From positions 630,001 to 662,000 of the forward strand of contig OZ246420.1 in assembly GCA_965231145.1 (NCBI GenBank): a stretch of DNA of 32,000 nt. Reading direction: 5' to 3'. A model generated the notes under the pieces. That model was not told the DNA's origin and searched no databases. It worked only from the letters and a program-made list of their open reading frames with translations. How positions within the stretch are numbered: the first letter of the stretch is position 1; every line of letters begins with the position of its first letter. The position numbers and the translations under genes are program-made. Source of the DNA: Candidatus Saccharimonadota bacterium. Its GTDB lineage: Bacteria; Patescibacteriota; Gracilibacteria; Absconditabacterales; Absconditicoccaceae. Shown here piece by piece: positions 1 through 10,055 of the stretch.

Positions 1-1006
1 TTTTAGATCGATCAAGTACTTTGATAATTATATTATACAACTTGTTTCTATCCTCAAGTTTATATTCAAGAATGTTTTTAATCCCTAAAAACCTATATAT
101 AAGTCTAGAGGCGAATTCTTGTTTCCATTTCCAGTCTGGTTTCTTTTGCAACCCTATACCTATAAGAGTTATCATGAGTGTATTCTGGAACAAATGGAAT
201 ATAGTATTTTGTTTATCAATATAGTCTTTCGGATCTTTCAATGTTCCAATAAATCATTTTCTATATATAGGGAATAAGTATGATGATTGGAGTGCTAAAT
301 ATCGGTAATAAGTGGCAAAGTCAGAAAGAATAGGATTATATCAAACCGTAGCAGCATCAAAGAAGCATATACTTTGATAATTTCAATTCTTAATCTTTAT
401 TGCATAATTCCAATCATGTATATCTCAATGATTTAAGGAGAATAGAGTTTCATTTATATCATATTCCATAAGTTCTAATATTTGCTTTTTATAGTTTGAA
501 CTTACTTCTTTCATATCATTCAATAGACCTTCAAAATTTTCACCATAAAAACTATATAATCTTCAATTATCCTTCCTTGTTTCGTAAAGGACTCTTAAAG
601 GGTAATTTTCAGATGAATTAAGATGGATTGAAGATTGGTGACCCTCTTTTAACTTGTCAAAAATCTGAGAATATACTTGCTCTACATATTCTACTGAAAA
701 TGTAGGATTAGCTATAAATTCAGCTCAGGTTATTCGTCACTCATCTTTTCTCTTATATTCATAAACTAACAATACTTTACCTTCCATATGGAATTGTGCC
801 TCAAGTTGAGGTAAATCAATCTTAGTTTTTGCATTATCTAAATTAACAGCTTCACTCTTTGCCTCCTCAGGAGAGAGCAATTTAAAAAAAACATCCTTTA
901 GATGAAATTGTCATTTTCAGTAAATACTATTACTTGAATATACAATTTCCTCAATCTTTATGGAAGTAGCATTCTCTATGATTTCTTTAAGATATTCACT
1001 ATTCAT
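1..1006 (-). CDS. APH/choline-kinase-family phosphotransferase (TGA=Gly translation); 3' end lies outside the window
   Basis: The minus-strand frame is open from ATG (1006-1004) to position 1 only if TGA is sense. It contains LNH-G(TGA, tca 425-427)-DIHDWN, matching the HGDxxxxN kinase catalytic loop, followed by FFDAATVGYNPILSDFA (Mg-binding Asp region). The start overlaps the stop of the upstream gene. Confidence 0.6.
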
Positions 1007-2102
1007 ATAATGTAATAAATTCTTTAAATGCATCTTTTACCATCTCTTCTTCACAATTTCTTTCGATTCAGTGTACTCCTAATCTTTTAAGTAGAATGAA
1101 GCTTAATTCTCAATTAGCACTTATTTTATCTTGTTGTAAAACATTCTTAATAGTTTCCCAACTAAGCGCTATGCGCTTATGTTGATTTGGATTTAATCAA
1201 TAAAGCCATTTTTTAACGAACTCTAATTCGGAATTCTGATAAATTTTTACAGACAAATCTAGAGACATTAATATTCCTGTCATAACCGCATCACCATGCC
1301 TTAATTTATAAACTAATGTTTCTAGTACATTTGCAAATGTGTGGCCTAACGAGAGTCCCTTATGGAGTCCAGTATTATCAAATAAATCTGGTGCAACAAA
1401 TGAATACTTCACTTCTAAAGATTCTTTAATCATACTACACCATTGTTCAAAGTTGTCGTCGTTAACTCCATCTTGAATCAAATTAAAATATTTAGTTCCT
1501 TTTTTTATAATAAAATCTGAATCTTCATATTTAATTAATAAATGTTTTATAATTTCTGAAAATCAAAGGATACGCTCAGTCAAAGGCAAATTCTTTATAT
1601 AATTAATGTTACAAAATATTACTTCAGGAGAGCGAAACAAACCAATCACATTCTTATAACTACCTAAATTTACACCAACTTTTCATATAACTGCATCACA
1701 CTGAGACATTACTGTACTCGGAACTTGATAGAATCATATTCATCTCATATACATACCTGTAGCCACCCCGACAAGGTCTCCAACATAACCTCCTCACATT
1801 GCTAAAACACAACTTTTTCTATTAAGTCCAACTGAATGAAAATATTCCAAAAGAAAATGCACAGATAATAAGTTTTTAGTTGTTGTATGAGCATCAAGTA
1901 TCATTTCTCATGCAAATTTTTCTTTTAATTCACTAGAAAATATGCTAGATATTTCTGCTCAGTTACTTGATCGAAATTGTTTATCTACTACCAATAAGAC
2001 TCTGTTATATTTAGAGTTCAATTCTGTAAGAATTTCCTTTCGTGATTCATCATTTCATATATAAATTGTCTGTTCTCAAAGCGCTATTTTTTGATTATTC
2101 AT
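999..2102 (-). CDS. 3-dehydroquinate-synthase-like sugar phosphate cyclase (367 aa with TGA=Gly)
   Basis: MNNQKIAL-G-EQTIYI-G-NDE..., VLAM-G-GGYVGDLVGVATGMYMR-G-I-G-FYQVPSTVMSQCDAVI-G-KVGVN, KNVIGLFRSPEVIF, LGHTFANVLE and LRHGDAVMTGI match the DHQS GGGxxGD / RGI / GGK / KNxxGxFxxP / GHT...HGEAV blocks. There are 12 in-frame TGA and no TAA/TAG until 999-1001. The ATG (2102-2100) overlaps the carbamoyltransferase stop. Confidence 0.75.
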
Positions 2103-3741
2103 CTCTAGTTACTATATAATTATGTAAAACCAAAACATCTATGTTTCCACAACATAAGTGTTTTAATGCATCAGCTGGATTTTCTACAATTGGCTCTTCA
2201 TTATCATTAAATGATGTATTTAATACTATTGGATATCCACATTCTTTCTCAATATTTGCTAATAGATTATAATAAAGATTATTATCATTTGCTGTGACAG
2301 TTTGTAATCTACAAGTACCGTCTACATGAATAACAGGAGAAAACAAATCCTTATATTGTTGTCTTACTTGATGTATAAACATCATAAATGGGCTATCCAT
2401 AAACACTTCGAAAAAATCTATTGCCTTGTTTGCCTGCATAGAAGCAGCAAAAGGTCTAAAACTTTCTCTATGCTTTACTTTTTCATTTATATAATCTTTC
2501 ATATGAGGAGCTAAAGGATTAGCTAATATACTCCTATATCACAATGCTCTTGCCCCACATTCAGCTCAGCTCTGAAACCGACCCACAATTTTATTTTCTG
2601 CCAAGTAAGAAGCCACTTTTGAAAGCATTTCATCTTCATTATATTTTATATATTTAATAGCTTTCTTCTTAGTAATATAAGGCAATGTAAAAATATCCTG
2701 TTTTTTATTTAAAACATCCAATATTTCCTTCTCTGAATAATCCCTTCAATAATTAACCGAAGAAACCTTTTCTCTCATATATATATCATTTTGTGCCAAA
2801 GCAGCTAGAGTATTTCATATACATTGTCATGTATCACATGTGGTAGAAGGAACATAGATCTCATCTACAATTCATTCTTGTATAAGTCTATTATTTATTA
2901 GACCGTTCAACGCAACTCCTCAAGCTAAACACAGTTTTCTGATACTAGTCTTTTTAACTAAAGCAGAAATCATTCATATAAATGCTTCTTCACACTGGAA
3001 TTGTATGTAAGACGCAAGATTAATAGCATTGTTTTTAGTTCATTTTTCAGAAATTAAATTATCATATCATAAATCTTTTAGATATGACTCAACCCCATGC
3101 TCATATTTTTCAGTTATTTTTGAGGTAATTACTCCATTCTCATCAATTGAGAATAATTCTCAACTACTTCAAAAGAAATTACCATATGCTGCTAATCACA
3201 TTGTCTTACCAGCAGATCTTGAATCTCGACCTATATAATTTGTAAAACTTTCATATGCCCTACCAATTCACATACCATTTGTAGATGAAGGATTTCATCA
3301 TATTTTCTCAATATTATTTCAGTATCAAATATAATAACTTTCTGTATCTGTACCGTTTCCAAGACCATCTACAACTACTATCAAAGCTTTTTCAAATCAT
3401 GAAAAATAATATGTATTATATGCATGAGATAAGTGATGATCTATATTCACGACATTATCTTTTTGTCATAAGAAGACAGAAAGTTTGCCCTGATATTTAT
3501 TGGGTAATGATTTATGATAGCTACTAAAGGCAAAAACATCTACATCATTTAAACTCTTATCTAATGCTTTAAGACAATATTCTAAGGCGTATAAATATCA
3601 TTCACTATGCTTTTTTCTATTTAATCTTTCCTCTGATATTGCTACACACTTATCGCCATAAATAGCACAACATCCTCAGTCATGCCCTGTATTTAACCCT
3701 ACTACTAGTTTTGGAGACGAAACTGTTTCGAATTTTAGCAT
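2095..3741 (-). CDS. carbamoyltransferase (NodU/CmcH/TobZ family), 548 aa with TGA=Gly
   Basis: The standard-code ORF 2095-2502 carries the C-terminal HVDGTCRLQTV and NTSFN..EPIV motifs. I walked the frame triplet by triplet up to ATG 3741 and found no TAA/TAG, only TGA. The N-terminus reads VVGLNTGHD-G-GCCAIYGDKCVAISEERLNRKKH, and RAL-G(TGA)-YRSILANP matches the conserved ALGNRSIL block. Confidence 0.8.
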
Positions 3742-3761
3742 AAGAATGTCTTAGTTATGAC

Positions 3762-5663
3762 TTAAATAGATTTCTCCAAGAGAATTGAAAGGAATTCAAC
3801 CATCTTTACTTTCAATATTTGAGGTCTTTTTCATACAAATTCATTCATGGCAACAATTCAATACTCTGACAAATCTATACTTGAAATCTTGGGAAAATAA
3901 CTAAACAATTTATCATATCCTTCAACATTATATCATAAAGATGCAAGATATATTTTCATGCAAGTAAAAAGGTGTTTATAAGACTCTATATCTATATAAG
4001 GATCACCATTTTTTAATTCTTCAATAGTTTGTTTATAATATAATTTTCATTTTTCCACTCTAATATTCTTTAAATCATCTTCCTTTATAGCAGGGAAAAA
4101 TATTCAGCTATTATAAATCTCTTTAATATTTCCTAAATGCACTGATCTACTTATATACGCAGTTTTTTGCTTTAGATTATCTGATACTAATTCATCTTCA
4201 TTAAGCAATGTTAATCATATTTTTACACCTTTGATGTTTCATATATCATTACGAATGAAGGATTGTATATTTTTTTTGTCAGCTAGTGTAGACGCAACTA
4301 AAACAAGATCTATATCGCTTATTTCTTGTTTAAGATCATTTCTTCCCACGCTTCATCATACTCAGATGTACTTAATATCAATTCACTGATAAGATAATAT
4401 CTTATAGCTAAGCTCCTCTATTATTTGAATATATTTATTAGGCAATCATAAATTTATTAAATTTATGGGTCAGAATATGGCATTATTAACAGATTCATAG
4501 AGATCTTCTTTAGATCCATTGTTAACAATTATGGAATCTGCAATTTCTCTTATACCATTAGTATTGAGGAGCGCTTTATCGGCATCTTTTTGCATTATTT
4601 CTTCTGTTGCCTTATCCAGTGATATATTCTTTTCTAAAGCTGTTCTTGAGATAGCATTTTGCCTATCCGTTTCAACATATAACATATGAAATCTGTCTCC
4701 TAAAAGGATTTTCATAAATCCAAAAACCTTAGGATCACGAATACTCTCAATAGAAATTTGATCTATATGGTTATGTGCTTTAGAAAATTTATGCAATTCA
4801 AGCATCAGGCGAGTCGCAAATTCTTCAGGGCTAAGCTCATCTGCATTAGGAATTAATTCATTAATTAGTTCGGCAAAATATTTGACTTTGGTCCTTACAA
4901 AACCATTGTCATGCAAATACTCTCAAACTGTACTTTTCCCCGATTCACTCATTCCTCCAATTCATACTAGTCTCTTTATATTTTCTCCTATAGGCATAAA
5001 TCTTTCCATTCCGTTATCACATAATATCCCTCTAATATCATTCTGAATATCAACTATTGGCCTAGTAACATAAATTTTATTATTTGCTGAGTTAGCAAGT
5101 TGTTTATTAATTTGATTATTAAGTATCTTCTGATATTCAATATAACGCAACCTTTCCTGAGCATTTTCCCAATTTTCAGATCTGCTTAACGTAGTGTGAA
5201 TTTGTTCATCGATATTAGTTGAGCATTGAAGGATGACCTTAATATCTTCTACATCTGAAAATTGACAATCCAATCAGCGATTACTTAACCAATTTTTAAA
5301 GTACTCTTCAGCATTTGTTTCATCTACACCTAACTTAATAGCTAGCGTACTAATAATGGTAGCAATAAAAGCTTGTAATCCTCTATCAACAATAGTCAAA
5401 TCATAGCTTTGTTTAGATAAAGCTATATCTTCATTTCTTTTTAAAACTGAATATACAAGTGTCTCTAGAAATTGATTCTCATTACCTGCTCTAAACCATT
5501 CATTTGAGTCATTTAGATTAAATTTTTTTCGCCCTGGATGATATCCTTTCAAAGACTTTAAAACATTGATCTTATAAGAGTGACCAAAAGACAAGAGTCA
5601 TATTTGACTCGTCTTCCCCATATTATCAACTCAGCTAATTGACAATGCTTTTCAGTTTTTCAT
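3762..5663 (-). CDS. three-domain fusion: thymidylate-kinase-like P-loop + second P-loop kinase + Pol-beta-type nucleotidyltransferase (633 aa with TGA=Gly)
   Basis: Standard-code ORFs 5274-5594, 4962-5273 and 4470-4916 plus the 3762-4469 segment share one frame and are separated only by TGA. Walker A 1 is ISGVDNMGKTSQ, with TIVDRG (TMK DR motif). Walker A 2 is V-G-IGGMSESGKSTV-G-EYL. The NTase motif is I-G-V-G-GSVGRND...SDIDLVLV. The ATG at 5663 overlaps the Nudix stop (TAATG). Confidence 0.6.
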
Positions 5664-6127
5664 TAAGGCGTTATTCTGACCTTATCTAAAAGCATTTGTT
5701 TTACTTGTTCTGGAGCAATTTCTTTATCCTTAATTTCATTTAAAGGTATCTCTTCTACCCTATATATGTTATCCTCATTGGTACGATCTTGTTCTGGTCA
5801 GAAAACAGGTCAAATATCTCCACTTTGGTATTCAGTTAAATATACTTTTACTTGCTCTTTAACTCCTCCGAAATCATCATTCCATTCATCAAGCTTTCTA
5901 ATTACCTTAACTTTCATTCCAGACTCCTCAGTTACTTCTCTTTCTAAAGTATCAATATCTGTTTCACCATCTTCTTGTCCTCCTCAAAGCGTAACATAAT
6001 ATTCTCTACCTTTCTTTTTTCTATACATCAAAAGTGTAGAAAATAGCTCTCCACTTACTTTTTTCACAATTATTGCACGGATGGTAACTCTGTCTGGTTT
6101 TTCAGAAATATTTTCAATCTTATCCAT
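5663..6127 (-). CDS. Nudix hydrolase (154 aa with TGA=Gly)
   Basis: The Nudix box L-G(TGA, tca 5984-5986)-GGQEDGETDIDTLEREVTEESGM matches GX5EX7REUXEEXGU. The frame is open from ATG 6127 to TAA 5665-5663. Confidence 0.8.
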
Positions 6128-6209
6128 ATTGGTGAAATAATATAGAATAAATCTCATATATCATAGATATATGAAAAGAAAAGTCAACTCTTTAAACAAG
6201 ATACGCAAA

Positions 6210-6237
6210 TTGACATGTCTTTCAACAACTATAATAT
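6210..6237 (+). promoter_or_regulatory. sigma70-like promoter candidate (TTGACA-N16-TAATAT) in the divergent intergenic region
   Basis: TTGACA lies at 6210-6215 and TAATAT at 6232-6237 (a TATAAT also sits at 6230-6235), about 45 nt upstream of the 6280 start. This is a pattern match only. Confidence 0.25.
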
Positions 6238-6279
6238 ACAGAAACAGCTACCCTATTTATAAAATATCCTATAATTTTA

Positions 6280-6954
6280 ATGATGGATGATAATAATTTA
6301 ACAGAACAAGAGTTATCATATATAGATGTAATTGTTAAGTGGATTAAAGAACAAGGTAAATTAGATAATGACAATCTGATGCTTTTGCGTGATTGAATTT
6401 CTGCCTTAAAGGCAAATTTATTTTTTTCTGCAGCATCAGTTTTCTTAGTCCATTTAGAGAAGCACTTAAGGACTACCCTAGTTATGATTTTAATGAAAAA
6501 GAAAGATCAGCCTCTAGAAAGGTTTATGAATATATTAGAGGAAACGGAAGAACAAATTGAGAATGAAACTGATGGCAAAAAGTATAGATTTAATAATCTA
6601 TGTAAGGAATTATTTAATTTATGATATATTGGAGAGCAAACAAAAAATAAATTACTGCATATGTATGAACATTTTAGAAATCCTGTTCAACACTGAATTT
6701 ATTGAAGATTAATGAAATATAATTATTGAAATGTTCAAATACCGATGGTAGCAGGAGATCTTTGAGAGAATGCCACCGCAGAAGACTTGAAAAACATGCT
6801 AGAAGCAATAGTTACAGCCATTCCAAATTCAACTTCATGAATACATAATCCAATAATAAGAATATTTAAGTTGCCTCAATTAATGAAAGACATCTCTTTT
6901 GACTTATTAACTTTAACAAAAGAGGTTATTGAGGAAATAAATATTAAGTTATAA
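6280..6954 (+). CDS. hypothetical protein with HEPN-like Rx4H motif (224 aa with TGA=Gly)
   Basis: The frame runs ATG 6280 to TAA 6952-6954 with 7 in-frame TGA. The motif MYEHF-RNPVQH-G (Gly encoded by TGA) resembles the RNxxxHG signature of HEPN ribonuclease families. Confidence 0.5.
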
Positions 6955-6986
6955 TGTATTAAGTTTTTGTCTTTTAAAGCTCAAAA

Positions 6987-8312
6987 ATGGGATTTAAACA
7001 AGAAATAATAGATGCTGTTTGAGAAGGTGTATATAATAAATTAAATGATTTGGCATGAAGCGAGGTAGGTGCAGCGATGCAAATGCCATTAATTGTTGAT
7101 CATAGGGATAATTATTATACTCCTAAATATCTTGTCCCATCCCTTTTGAAAGAATTTGAGTTATTTGAAAAGAAATGATTAAAGGTTGTGCCTACTGATA
7201 TAATAGAGATTTTATTCAAGTGTAGATTACTATTTGCAGTACAAAATCATATTGAATACAGGCAAAGAGCTGGCAGCATGGGATCAATTCACGATGAAAA
7301 TGGGTTCATCATATTACGAGAAAAAAAGGCTTTAGGCTTAGATGCACTCGTTGAGGAATATTTAGATAGATTAAAAGGCTTTCAGAAGGAAAGAACCCTA
7401 ATTGCTCCTATCAATTCTTTTAGGGATAGAGAATGAGGTGTTCAAGCTTTGCTTGATATACTATTCGAGCAATTAAATCTACCTTTTAAAGCATATATAC
7501 AAGAAGACAGATTAATAGAGGTATATAAGTCATTTTACCAAACAGATGAGAATCCAAGCAAAGAAAATCTTGAAAGATTTTGTAACTTCCCAGCGATTTG
7601 ATACACGGAAACATGAAGTTATATGTATTGTTATTGGCAAGGGATAACATATTTGAGAACTTTTATAAATTTATTAAAAATTGCAGGATTTTTAAATCCC
7701 GCACAAATAGAATTTGATATAAATGATATTCAGATAGCAGCACCTACTTGACCTGTATTTCTAGGCTCTAATTCGCGTTGATGATATGCCTGGTCAGAAG
7801 ATATAAAAAACACTTGGCAGAAGATCCCCGATGGATGCTTATGGAGATCCTTTGGTTATAGATGAATCTCTAAGCTACGATTAGATGGAAGAAACTACAG
7901 TAAAATAGAAAAGTTTTTTATGGAAAATAAGTGGATATTCGATTTAATTAAAAACCCTCGAAATAAACATCATTTGCAAGAAATTGCACCAACCTTAGAC
8001 ATTTTAAGTTCATCAACTCATACCCAAGATCAGTGAGCAAAAATTCTATTAATTTATTGCTCCCTTGAGCATTTATTTGTTCCAAAAGGCATAGATACTA
8101 ACAATAAAACTTATATTGTAGGAGGAATTAATGCTTTAAATCCTGATTTACTAGATTGGTTTCGAAAATTATATGAATTAAGGTGCTCTTATGCACATAA
8201 ATGATTTATTCCTTATACGGATCAACTAATTGGCTTGGTTATAAAATCCGTTGGAAATGCAATGTTGTTGCTTTCTAATAAGATTAGCAATAAAAACCTT
8301 AATGATATTTAA
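6987..8312 (+). CDS. hypothetical protein with C-terminal HEPN-like domain (441 aa with TGA=Gly)
   Basis: The frame runs ATG 6987 to TAA 8310-8312 and contains standard-code ORF 7188-7436 in the same frame. The C-terminus reads ILLIYCSLEHLF ... LYEL-RCSYAH-K-G(TGA), i.e. a helix with a conserved Glu plus Rx4H, as in Apea/RiboL-PSP-type HEPN domains. Confidence 0.5.
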
Positions 8313-8329
8313 TATTTCCCTCTATTCTT

Positions 8330-8890
8330 ATGCAATCTCAAACAATATCCTCTTATTTAGAAATTGCATACAGAACTAAAGTTAAATGACTTATTTTAAA
8401 AACACTACATACTGATAATAGGTTATTGAACTTTGCTTATTTTATGCATGAATCTATTATAGAAAGTTTTTATGTAAATCTTGGATCATTGTTTGATAGA
8501 AGATGAGATACTATTGGATTAAACTTTACTTCGCAACATTCTATGCAAGAAGTTCAGTTTTTTACTGATGAATGGGGTCAAACTATCCAAAAGGTTATAA
8601 ATAAAAGAAATAATCTTATAGCACATAGGAATAAAGGAATTTATGAAAATCCTTCTGAAAATGAGCCAGAATATATTAAAGATAATCGCACTACAACTAA
8701 TGAATTACTTGAAATGATTGATGATCTTATTGTAGTATGTGAAGGTATAATGCCTGAACTACATCAAAATAAAGATCAATATGAACAATTATGGTGATAC
8801 CTAGAAAGTCCTTTTCTAGTAAAGCTCTTAGATAATATAAAACACAGTGAAATTGATCTTATTGAAAGCTATTTTAAAAGTATATGATAG
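8330..8890 (+). CDS. hypothetical protein with AbiU2-like HEPN motif (186 aa with TGA=Gly)
   Basis: The frame runs ATG 8330 to TAG 8888-8890 and contains ORF 8543-8797 in frame. The motif is VINK-RNNLIAH-RNKG (Rx4H). Confidence 0.5.
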
Positions 8891-9000
8891 AGAATATTTT
8901 GGTAATTTTCAGAGAGTATTTTGCTACTAATATGCTATTTTTGTGTGATTTTTTTTAAGGATAATATACTATTTATTAAGGATTTTTTTGAGCAAAAAAT

Positions 9001-9028
9001 AAAGATTGGCTTATGATAGCCAATCTTT
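9001..9028. terminator. bidirectional intrinsic terminator between convergent genes
   Basis: An 11-bp perfect stem (aaagattggct / agccaatcttt) with a 6-nt loop is flanked by an A-run on the left and a T-rich run on the right. It sits between the 8330-8890(+) and 9035-9439(-) genes. Confidence 0.6.
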
Positions 9029-9034
9029 TAAAAA

Positions 9035-9439
9035 TTACTGCATTAATTGATTAATTCTTGCTGTATTTAAATCATTTATAGCTTTATCCGAATTTGATTG
9101 AGCTATACTTGTATCAATCGGGCAATTCTGAACTTGTGTTAAATATGTTACTTCTCTGTTATTTTTATCCCTGGTGTCTGTCAGTTGAGACTTCCATTCA
9201 TTATACCCAGAAAGATTAATTTTCTCTTGGTTATAGGCGGTTTTTAAGCCATCCAGTTGGCTATTAATAATAACAATGTTGTTTACTAACTCATTAATCC
9301 TTGCACTGCATTCTTTCTTAGCTTCTGCACTCATTCATAGAGATTTCTCTAAGCCAAGATCACCTCTATATAAATAAATCACTAAGCCCAGCATTGAGAT
9401 ACCAATTACTAATACTAAGATATAAAAAGCTTTTTTCAT
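9035..9439 (-). CDS. N-terminally membrane-anchored Gln/Asn-rich protein (134 aa with TGA=Gly)
   Basis: ATG 9439 gives MKKAFYILVLVIGISMLGLVIYLY (a TM/signal anchor). The frame then passes one TGA into ORF 9035-9334 and ends at TAA. Confidence 0.55.
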
Positions 9440-9499
9440 GGAAAGAAAATGAAATAATAAAAAAGAAGCGTATTCCTACTCTTCAAACCATAAGCTTTA

Positions 9500-9960
9500 T
9501 ATAACTAATAATGGGACGGCTTATGACTCTCGGATTGCTACACCCTTACACCTACACGCCGGTTTAGGACGATAAGTGGAGAAATCACAAACCGCCCCTC
9601 TATTAAACCAGAGGTGTAGAAATTGTAAGAGTGTAGCATGTATAAATTACATATTAGGTCCTATTTTTTCAACCACATATCTTAAATGGAATTTAGCTTG
9701 AAAATCAGTATAATACATATGATTTGTTCTCGCAATAAAACCAAGTAATTTTATATGAAGCAGCCCTCGCGTTAAAGTATAGAGAATAACTAAAGCGTAA
9801 GCTACAAGTCCGCTGGGCAGTAATAGAAGTAACCTATATACATAGGTTCTATTGTTGCTGTCACAAAAGGGCTTACATGAATGATGCTAGATTAGGAAGT
9901 GTTCTCATGCGTATGCTTGAGATACTACTCAAGGGATCGTCGGACGAACCTGATCAAAAA
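9500..9960. ncRNA. candidate structured RNA(s); identity unresolved
   Basis: All six frames are closed by TAA/TAG even when TGA is allowed. The stretch is locally more GC-rich than neighbouring coding DNA. It holds nested helices: 9538-9560 pairs with about 9612-9636, enclosing cggttt/aaaccg and cctct/agagg hairpins. Further perfect hairpins are aacctat/ataggtt (about 9831-9848), cttgag/ctcaag (about 9915-9932) and cgtc/gacg. Confidence 0.25.
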
Positions 9961-10055
9961 GAAGGAGATTAATATCTTCTTCTTTTTATATTTACTTAAA
10001 TGTTCGATCTACTATTATAATTTATAAAACCTTATTTTATTTTCGAACAACAACC

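Noticed and set aside
2326-3527. Plus-strand ORFs 2326-2514, 3029-3238 and 3285-3527 from the track
   Set aside because: They lie antisense to the continuous carbamoyltransferase frame and have low-complexity, unrecognisable translations. They are shadow ORFs.
5766-5999. Plus-strand ORF 5766-5999
   Set aside because: It lies antisense to the Nudix hydrolase, whose Nudix box is unambiguous.
9500-9960. Calling this region RNase P RNA or tmRNA
   Set aside because: The P4-like strings lie only about 45 nt apart with no specificity domain between them. No GGGG...TTCGAC 5' end or ...CTCCACCA 3' end with a T arm exists on either strand. I cannot support either identity without a covariance model.
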